A DNA stretch of 38,830 nucleotides from a virus (lineage: Duplodnaviria > Caudoviricetes), in IMG/VR virus record IMGVR_UViG_3300048851_000195, positions 1-38,830 of that record; one strand, 5' to 3'. Position 1 is the first letter of the stretch, and each line of letters begins with the position of its first letter. Below are positions 1 to 5,946 of this stretch, in pieces. The notes under the pieces were generated by a model that saw only the letters and a list, made by a program, of their open reading frames with translations, had not been told where the DNA came from and did no database searches. Made by a program: the position numbers and the translations under genes.

Positions 1-63
1 TCGCTGTATTGCTGCTCGGACGGCGTGCGTGGTCGTGGCGCTCCCGTGACGTACCTGTCCCAT
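1..63 (-). CDS. IS481-family transposase, N-terminal fragment (partial)
   Basis: Manual translation gives MGQVRHGSATTTHAVRAAIQR, which matches the MGQVxHGSATTTxAVRxAIQ N-terminus of alphaproteobacterial IS481 transposases. Not in the ORF track. Confidence 0.85.
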   Translation of the reverse strand, partial: MGQVRHGSATTTHAVRAAIQR

Positions 64-120
64 ATGGCTTCCTTCCATTCCAACGAAAGGATCGCACCAT
101 CAAACCGTGGGATCAAACAC
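1..120 (-). mobile_element. Left end of an IS481-family insertion sequence (continues outside the window)
   Basis: Minus strand reads CTAG-G-TGTTTGATCCCACGGTTTGATGG (TGT terminus next to a CTAG), then an RBS (GGAAGG) and a transposase start at 63. Confidence 0.8.
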
Positions 121-345
121 CTAGGCTGGGCGGAAGGGTAGCAGCGTCTCGTACTGTGCGAGCGGCGGCGCACCGGGCACCACCGCGCGATGGCGCAGCA
201 GAAAGGCGTGGCGGACGATCTCGGCCTGCTGCTCCAAGCCATAGCGGGCAAAGGCTTGGCCGGGCTTGATCGCATAGGCATAGCGGCAAAAGGGGTGCCG
301 CTTGAGCGGCAGGAAGATGCCGCTCTGATGCTGCCAGATATGCAC
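121..345 (-). pseudogene. 3' remnant of host 'vgr-related' HExxH protein gene, cut by the prophage insertion
   Basis: VHIWQHQSGIFLPLKRHPFCRY...YGLEQQAEIVRHAF is nearly identical to the C-terminal half of 386-841. Homology stops abruptly at 345, inside the HExxH motif. Confidence 0.85.
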
Positions 346-385
346 CCTGCTTTTGCGCTAATGCAACAGCTCAGAATTGCAGAAA

Positions 386-841
386 TCAGCGAAAAACGCG
401 CAAAAGCCCCTCGTAAGTTGGTGCATCCGCAAGCCCCGGCAAGAAGCCACCTTCGCGCTGTATGAAGGCGTGACGTACAATCTCCGCTTGCTGCTCCAAG
501 CCATAGCGATCCAGCGTCCAACCCGGTGTGATCCGATAATGGTAACGGCAAAATGGGTGACGTTTCAGGGGCAGGAAGATGCCGCGTTGCGTTTGCCAGA
601 CATGGCAAAGCTCGTGAATGAAGAGCCCCTGGAGCCCTAGTTCTGCCTTGCTGAAATCCTCACGCCACGCCGATCCCTTTGGGTGAAAATGCAGGTGGCC
701 GGTGGGTGCCATGATGGTTTCACGCGGCTGAAACGGGAACCACTTGCGGCGACGGACCTCAACGTGGTCGAGGTTGATCGTGTCACGATAGACGGAACGT
801 GCGAGCTTCTTTTCACCTTCAGTCAGCAATCGCACGGTCAT
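386..841 (-). CDS. 'vgr-related' HExxH zinc-metallopeptidase-like protein (phage copy)
   Basis: RxLTxGE N-terminus, FIHELCHVWQ (HExxH) and a downstream EQQAE; full-length homologue of the 121-345 remnant. Confidence 0.8.
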   Translation of the reverse strand: MTVRLLTEGEKKLARSVYRDTINLDHVEVRRRKWFPFQPRETIMAPTGHLHFHPKGSAWREDFSKAELGLQGLFIHELCHVWQTQRGIFLPLKRHPFCRYHYRITPGWTLDRYGLEQQAEIVRHAFIQREGGFLPGLADAPTYEGLLRVFR

Positions 842-845
842 TCGT

Positions 846-1151
846 CTAACCTCTCAATCTGCGCACCAAACGCGCCCATTCCTCGTCCGTTTCCGGCAGG
901 AAAGGGGGTGCATTATGCGGGTCTCTACTCGGACCTATGCGGCTAGGCCTGCGCTTGCAGCGGATGCAATACAGGTGCGCGTAGACGTAGTGGATACCTG
1001 TGCCCCATCGCTGGCAATGGAAGTACCGTGCGAGGCGCTTGGCATCGAAGCTGGTGCGTCGTCGGCAGTATAAGCAGCTGGCGTAGATGTTGGCGTCTCT
1101 GGACGTAAACAGGTCCAGGTCGTTCCATTTCAAATTGCCGAGGTGAGCCAC
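846..1151 (-). CDS. Small zinc-ribbon protein
   Basis: CLYC...CIRC pairs. GTG start at 1151, 1 nt after the upstream stop; the stop is 4 nt before the next ATG (operon-like). Confidence 0.65.
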   Translation of the reverse strand: MAHLGNLKWNDLDLFTSRDANIYASCLYCRRRTSFDAKRLARYFHCQRWGTGIHYVYAHLYCIRCKRRPSRIGPSRDPHNAPPFLPETDEEWARLVRRLRG

Positions 1152-1152
1152 A

Positions 1153-1341
1153 TCAAAGCGGAAGGGCCAGCTGGTTGAAATCATAGGTAGGACCGCCCGC
1201 TAGGTGATCCACAATGCTCAAAGCGAGTTCCTGTGCAGCCCTGTCGCGTAGCTGTTCAGAGGGTGCAGTGATGCCAACGCGAGCCCAGCCAGGAGCTTCC
1301 AGGATCGCGGATTTGAGTTGAGTGTGGTCGATTCGTTCCAT
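1153..1341 (-). CDS. Small SOS-regulated protein (DUF6771-like) with C-terminal QLALPL
   Basis: MERIDHTQLKSAILEAPGWARVGITAP...RAAQELA. ATG at 1341 is 10 nt downstream of a LexA box. Confidence 0.7.
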   Translation of the reverse strand: MERIDHTQLKSAILEAPGWARVGITAPSEQLRDRAAQELALSIVDHLAGGPTYDFNQLALPL

Positions 1342-1351
1342 ACGCCTATGA

Positions 1352-1366
1352 GAACAAAGAACGAAC
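1352..1366 (-). promoter_or_regulatory. Alphaproteobacterial LexA (SOS) box
   Basis: Exact GTTC-N7-GTTC (GTTC GTTCTTT GTTC) between a TTGCCA -35-like hexamer and the ATG at 1341. Confidence 0.85.
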
Positions 1367-1531
1367 AGCGTGGCAATAGTTCTTTCCCACAACCCCATCA
1401 CGCCCGTGGGACTCGGCCACAGGAGACGTGAGCGATACCACAGTTACCTTGTTGTAACCCGTTGATGAGAAGGGGTCTTGCCCTTCGCGGCAGGTTCGCG
1501 GATATCGCCTTAGGAGTTGGGGGAATACGAC

Positions 1532-2206
1532 ATGATGGGTTTGCTGACGCTCGTCTTTTTGGCGGCGGTCGTAGGTGTGATTAAGCCATACATTTCGAAG
1601 CTGACGCGTAAACACTTCGGCGTAATCGCGGCAGTCTCATTCGTAGGGATGATGATCGTCGTTCCAGGCCAGGATACGACCAAGAGCGCCAACGCAACAT
1701 CCGAGGCGAAAAGCTCGGATCCCACTCCTGTCGCGAATGCAGCCGGCGCCGACGCGAATGCCAGGTTGGCCGAGACGAAGGCTGAGAGCAAGTGGTCCTA
1801 TCAAGAAGATAAGGACGAGATGCGTGGTTCGACCACCAAGTATGCTCGCATCCAAAGCAACAATGAAGTTGATTTGAAATTCCCTTATGGGGAGACTCCA
1901 GGCACGATAACCGTTCGGCGCAATGCCGAGAGCGGCTTGAATATCATGTTTTCTGTGGATGATGGGCAAATCCTTTGCCACAATTTCACGCAGTCTTTCA
2001 TTTCGGTGAAGTTCGATGATGGTCCTGTGCAGAAGATGAGCTGCACTGGAACGAGTGATGGATCAAGCGAGACTGCCTTTTTCACAAATGAAGGGCGAGT
2101 GCTGGCTGGGTTGAAAAAGGCAAAGCGCACTATCGTTGAGGCAGAGTTCTACCAGCAAGGGCGGCAGCAATTCATCTTCGATACTGCGGGTCTTGAATGG
2201 AGGTGA
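1532..2206 (+). CDS. Membrane-anchored hypothetical protein (moron)
   Basis: Two N-terminal hydrophobic segments, an Ala/Ser/Thr-rich linker and a globular C-terminal domain; G-rich RBS before ATG 1532. Confidence 0.8.
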   Translation: MMGLLTLVFLAAVVGVIKPYISKLTRKHFGVIAAVSFVGMMIVVPGQDTTKSANATSEAKSSDPTPVANAAGADANARLAETKAESKWSYQEDKDEMRGSTTKYARIQSNNEVDLKFPYGETPGTITVRRNAESGLNIMFSVDDGQILCHNFTQSFISVKFDDGPVQKMSCTGTSDGSSETAFFTNEGRVLAGLKKAKRTIVEAEFYQQGRQQFIFDTAGLEWR

Positions 2207-2318
2207 ACGGAGCGCGGAGGCTCGTCCGACTACCACGTCGGTGCGTTGGTTGGGCTGCCTCGTCAGATTGAAGTAAGACGCGACCTGCAACGCACTTCGG
2301 GAATTGCCTCAATGTAGC

Positions 2319-2341
2319 AAGCCCGCCTTTTGGGCGGGCTT
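2319..2341. terminator. Hairpin between convergent genes, probable bidirectional terminator
   Basis: AAGCCCGCC-TTTTG-GGCGGGCTT. Confidence 0.7.
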
Positions 2342-2345
2342 ACTG

Positions 2346-2480
2346 TTAGCTTTCCATCCTCAAAAGCGCGTCTGCGAGCAGTCGGGCAATCGGGCAGAAC
2401 GGGTTAGCGGAGAAGCGCGCGATGCAATCGCGGCGCATGGTTTCCAGAGCTTCCTCAGCCTCTATTGGGACCGCGACCAT
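2346..2480 (-). CDS. 44-aa hypothetical protein
   Basis: TGATG coupling to the upstream gene. MVAVPIEAEEALETMRRDCIARFSANPFCPIARLLADALLRMES ends just before the terminator. Below the ORF-track cutoff. Confidence 0.5.
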   Translation of the reverse strand: MVAVPIEAEEALETMRRDCIARFSANPFCPIARLLADALLRMES

Positions 2481-3226
2481 CAGCCCGCAAAACCATGGCG
2501 TGCCATCACCTCAAGGGCTTCGCGCTGCGCCTTCTCCTTGGGTGTTTCAAAGAACAGGAACAGGCCATCTTCAATCGCCTGCGGCTCGTTCTCACTCGGA
2601 GTGGTCAGTTTGCTGACCGGGCGCGTGCCTTCGTATTTGCGGGAGTTTAGGCGCTGATACAGCTTGGCCGTGCGCTTGATTTCCTTGACCGGATCAAGGG
2701 GAGTGCCCTGGATCACGATGGGCGTTGATTGACGATGCACGTTGATGATGTGGGTTGCGGCCAAGCAGCCGTGCTCCATGCCATACTCGTCCATCTCTTC
2801 CGCGAGGATCGAGGCTAGGCGCGCATACTGCGCTTGGTTCACTGAACTGGTGAGAGGCCAAACAACGGTGAGCGTGTTGCCGTTTTTGGTCTCAGTGTCG
2901 ATCATGAAGAATGCCCAGCCCAGCTTTTGAGCCTTGGCGTGCAGTCGGGTGATAAGGTCGGTGTCGTCGCGCTTCATCGCGTATTCCAGCAGGATCGCAT
3001 TCGCACCAACGAGATTGGACGCGACGTTCGTTCCCTTGCGCCATTCAGCGAAGGACCAGCCGCAAGGCTCGTCTGCGTGGTTATGCATTTGAGTGATAAG
3101 GCCCTGCATGTAGCGCTCAATGGTAGCGCAGTTGCTATCAGCGCTGCTGAGGCAAGCCTTGTAAGCGTCGATGTAGGTGTAGCTACGAGCAGACTTCTCG
3201 AAGCGGCTAAGCGTAACTGGTGTCAT
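2480..3226 (-). CDS. Hypothetical protein, possibly a degenerate primase-polymerase (AEP)-like domain
   Basis: Good RBS (AGGAG). The pattern RKxxNV...AILLEY...WAFFMIDT...LTVVWPLTSSVNQAQY resembles phage prim-pol domains but lacks the DxD motif. Confidence 0.55.
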   Translation of the reverse strand: MTPVTLSRFEKSARSYTYIDAYKACLSSADSNCATIERYMQGLITQMHNHADEPCGWSFAEWRKGTNVASNLVGANAILLEYAMKRDDTDLITRLHAKAQKLGWAFFMIDTETKNGNTLTVVWPLTSSVNQAQYARLASILAEEMDEYGMEHGCLAATHIINVHRQSTPIVIQGTPLDPVKEIKRTAKLYQRLNSRKYEGTRPVSKLTTPSENEPQAIEDGLFLFFETPKEKAQREALEVMARHGFAG

Positions 3227-3272
3227 TGCAATCTCCTATTGTAAGCGTCTGCGGCTCTGTCTTCCGCGTAAC

Positions 3273-3307
3273 TATTTACAACGAGGGTGCGCAAACCGGC
3301 TTCAAAT
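3273..3307 (-). promoter_or_regulatory. TAAATA box with upstream 16-bp ATTTGAAGCCGGTTTG element
   Basis: 16-mer at 3292-3307 (minus), 13-nt spacer, TAAATA at 3273-3278. Same arrangement at 5778-5812. Confidence 0.75.
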
Positions 3308-3337
3308 AGGCTCAGAACTGCTCATTTGGTGATCCGC

Positions 3338-3343
3338 TAACTA
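3338..3343 (+). promoter_or_regulatory. TAACTA variant box, leaderless lysozyme start
   Basis: GC-TAACTA-CTTG-ATG, with no Shine-Dalgarno sequence. Confidence 0.6.
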
Positions 3344-3347
3344 CTTG

Positions 3348-3776
3348 ATGACGACATCAACTAGGGCTGGTCTTGGCCTCGTAAAGACATTCGAAGGATG
3401 CAAGCTCAAGGCGTATCTCTGCCCGGCAGGCGTTCCAACCATCGGCTATGGTCGCACCAAGGGCGTGAAGCTCGGCCAGACGATCACACAAGCGCAGGCA
3501 GATGCCTGGGTGGTCGAGGAATACGACGAGTTTGAAGCGGGTGTCCGCAAGCTGGTGAAGGTGCCGTTGACGGCCAACCAGCTGGGCGCGCTGACCTCGT
3601 TCGCTTACAATCTCGGCCTCGGCAATCTCAAATCGAGCACGCTGCTGAAGAAGCTCAACGGCGGCGATTATGCGGGTGCGGCTGCGCAGTTCGCGCGCTG
3701 GAACAAGGCCGGCGGTGTAGTGCTCGCTGGACTCACCAAGCGCCGTGCAGCGGAAGCCAAGCTGTTCCTCGCATGA
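3348..3776 (+). CDS. Endolysin, GH24 phage lysozyme
   Basis: FEGCKLKAYLCPAGVPTIGYG catalytic region, plus SFAYNLG, STLLKKLN and GLTKRRAAE. Confidence 0.95.
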   Translation: MTTSTRAGLGLVKTFEGCKLKAYLCPAGVPTIGYGRTKGVKLGQTITQAQADAWVVEEYDEFEAGVRKLVKVPLTANQLGALTSFAYNLGLGNLKSSTLLKKLNGGDYAGAAAQFARWNKAGGVVLAGLTKRRAAEAKLFLA

Positions 3777-4105
3777 GTGGCTATCGCAATCCGTTTGAGG
3801 CGCGTTGCGGTCGCGATCTGGGCGCAAGCTATCAGTATGAAGCTTTGAAGCTGTCATACGTGCTGGAGTGCAGCTACCTTCCCGATTTTATCGACGTTGA
3901 TGCGAAGCGGATTGTTGAGGTCAAAGGCAGGTTCACGGCTGAGGATCGTCGCAAGATGCTCGCGGTGAAGAAAGCCCATCCCGATTATACGATTTCGATT
4001 TGGTTCAGCAATCCAGACCAGCCAATCAACAAGGGCTCGAAAACGACCAATCGCAGCTGGTGTGAAAAGCATGGTTTCGAGGCGGTTCAAGGGCCGCGTA
4101 AATAA
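3773..4105 (+). CDS. T7 endonuclease I-like Holliday junction resolvase
   Basis: YRNPFE, YLPDF, EVKGRFTAEDRRKMLAVK, KGSKTT and WCEKHGF. ATGA overlap with the lysozyme gene. Confidence 0.92.
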   Translation: MSGYRNPFEARCGRDLGASYQYEALKLSYVLECSYLPDFIDVDAKRIVEVKGRFTAEDRRKMLAVKKAHPDYTISIWFSNPDQPINKGSKTTNRSWCEKHGFEAVQGPRK

Positions 4106-4172
4106 ATGAGCAGCAACAGGATGCTCCGCTAACGGGCTGCTCAGTCCTGTGGTTGTGGATTTCGTAAACAAG

Positions 4173-4208
4173 AAACCCCCGGAAAGCGGTTAAGCTCTCC
4201 GGGGGTTT
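4173..4208. terminator. Bidirectional intrinsic terminator
   Basis: AAACCCCCGGA...TCCGGGGGTTT with A/T-rich flanks, between convergent genes. Confidence 0.85.
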
Positions 4209-4221
4209 TGTTTGATCTGAC

Positions 4222-4953
4222 TTACTTCGCCGGGGTGATCTCGCGTCCCAGGTTGTAATAGAAGCTGTCAGCCTCGTCGTCGTTCAACGCCTTAGCCTTC
4301 AGCACCTCAACCTCACCGTTGATGTTCACCTGCCCATAGAGCAGGACGACCTTACGAACGGCGACCCCAAACGTGTTCGGGATGTTTACGAGAGCAGGTG
4401 CATTGCGCCCCGTGTTGCGGAGGCTCTGCACTCGCTCAGTTGCGCCCTTGCTGGGATTGTCTGCGCGATCCTGTGCCTCGATGCCGTTGAGCTTCTTCCC
4501 ATAGGTCGGATGCTCATAGGCCCGAATGTAATCCTGGATGGTTCCAGGAAGAGTACCCTTCCGCTTGAGCGGAATGAGGTGCCGCAGGTGGTTTGCGTAC
4601 TTCTCCGCGCTCCGGTTTTCAAACACCCAGGTATCGTTCAGCTGCTCCGAAAAGACAGCCTTGATGAACGGACCATAAGGGTTTGTACCTTCGCGAGCCG
4701 GCTTCTGGCCACGGATTCGCAGGAATTTCCTGAAAGCCGTGCCCTCGATGGCCAACTCGGCAGTGAGCGTGTCAGCAAGATCGACCAGGGCTGCAATCAA
4801 GTCGTAGGTGCGTTCCGCCGACTTTTCATTCAGCCCCTTGATGGTGTTGTCGTTCGCTGCGATGTCCTTGGAAACGGGTTCCTTGAAGTTCGCGTCGAAA
4901 TCGGCAACCAGCTTCTCAACGTCAGCGACAGTCAGTTCAGTGCTATTGGTCAT
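4222..4953 (-). CDS. Hypothetical protein (243 aa)
   Basis: Long ORF with RBS (AGGAAGG), followed by a terminator. No family recognised. Confidence 0.8.
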   Translation of the reverse strand: MTNSTELTVADVEKLVADFDANFKEPVSKDIAANDNTIKGLNEKSAERTYDLIAALVDLADTLTAELAIEGTAFRKFLRIRGQKPAREGTNPYGPFIKAVFSEQLNDTWVFENRSAEKYANHLRHLIPLKRKGTLPGTIQDYIRAYEHPTYGKKLNGIEAQDRADNPSKGATERVQSLRNTGRNAPALVNIPNTFGVAVRKVVLLYGQVNINGEVEVLKAKALNDDEADSFYYNLGREITPAK

Positions 4954-5238
4954 GGTGAGTTCCTTCCTAACTGATTAAGTGTCTTGGACACTCAACCCCG
5001 CCACTTGGGGTTGGGAACTCAGTCGATCACGTCGATTCGACTAAACCAGCGCATCTCTGGTTTTGGACATCCTTGAGCTAAAGCAACTGCAAAAGCAGCT
5101 GAGCAGAATTGCAACTCTGCCGAGTTTCAGTCCTAGCATTTCTGCTCGACCTACCTGTGTGAAGGCACAGGAGACACTACCAAGCGGACTTGGATTTACC
5201 GGCGAGCCGGCTTCGGGCCAGTTAGGTTATTCGTCATT

Positions 5239-5252
5239 CTGTCAAAGAGCAC
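5239..5252 (-). promoter_or_regulatory. boxA-like antitermination element
   Basis: GTGCTCTTTGACAG resembles rrn boxA TGCTCTTTAACA; an identical 14-mer is at 33476-33489. Confidence 0.55.
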
Positions 5253-5777
5253 ACGGGATTGCTCCCGATGCCTCATGGCTAAGCGGCTCGGGTAAACGCT
5301 CGGTTAAAGGGCAAACGACGCACTGAGCACACAAGGGCTCCGCCCGTTGCAAAGATCAAAGTCACGTAGCGGGATATGAAGTTGCCAGAACTCCATTTCT
5401 GATTTTGTGGTGCGGGTGGTTGTCCACGCGGAAGGGCATCAAGCGCTCAAGGGGCGTCACATGCTAAGGCGTGGAGGGCCACTCGCTAGGTATCTGTGCG
5501 CAGGCGGGTTCCGGCCAAGCAGCAGATGCCGCCCATGGCTCTTTAACCACACCGATAGGATTCGGAGGCAAAGCCATGTGGCCACCTGGCGGTGTCCACA
5601 TGACTTGCCTGCGATTGGCCCATTGATGCTGGCTGTCCGCGTTCGCGGCCCATCCATCATCATAGGACCAACCGCGTTATTTTCATCTGTTTACCCGTCA
5701 AGGCAAACGGTTAATTCTATAATAAAAGAGTTATTCGTTTGGTATGGATCAGAGCGTCGTTTGGATACGAATATCGC

Positions 5778-5812
5778 ATTTGAAGCCGGTTTGGTGCTAG
5801 TGTGAATAAATA
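5778..5812 (+). promoter_or_regulatory. TAAATA box with upstream 16-bp element (helicase promoter)
   Basis: ATTTGAAGCCGGTTTG (5778-5793), 13 nt, then TAAATA (5807-5812). Confidence 0.75.
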
Positions 5813-5817
5813 GAAAT

Positions 5818-5932
5818 GAAGCAGCAGGGTTCGCAAGCTGCCGCTTCGGCAGTGAACTCTATTGCTTCTCTCCAAAGGTGAAAGAACTTGAGCCCGCTGT
5901 CCAATGCGAACCCGGACAGCGGGTTCTTTCAC
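5818..5932 (+). ncRNA. Structured leader with two hairpins whose loops are complementary
   Basis: Hairpins at 5818-5847 and 5878-5932. GGGTTCGCA (5827-5835) is the exact reverse complement of TGCGAACCC (5905-5913). Confidence 0.55.
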
Positions 5933-5946
5933 ATTCGGAGACTACG

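Noticed and set aside
346-385. Search for an attL/attR direct repeat
   Set aside because: I found no matching copy near the right end. The window stops at the recombinase stop codon, so attR is probably outside it.
227-508. 20-bp direct repeat TGCTGCTCCAAGCCATAGCG (227-246 and 489-508) as a possible att core
   Set aside because: It encodes the conserved RYGLEQQ segment of the two paralogous genes and does not flank the element.
4099-4104. Extra TAAATA matches at 4099 (+), 10190 (-) and 31328 (-)
   Set aside because: They overlap coding sequence or stop codons with no clear downstream gene start, so they were not counted among the 16 boxes. 10190 could be an internal promoter.
5063-5932. ORF-track ORFs 5063-5326, 5407-5805, 5457-5663 and 5717-5932
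   Set aside because: Alternative starts without a clear RBS, no motifs, and overlap with evident RNA and promoter elements.
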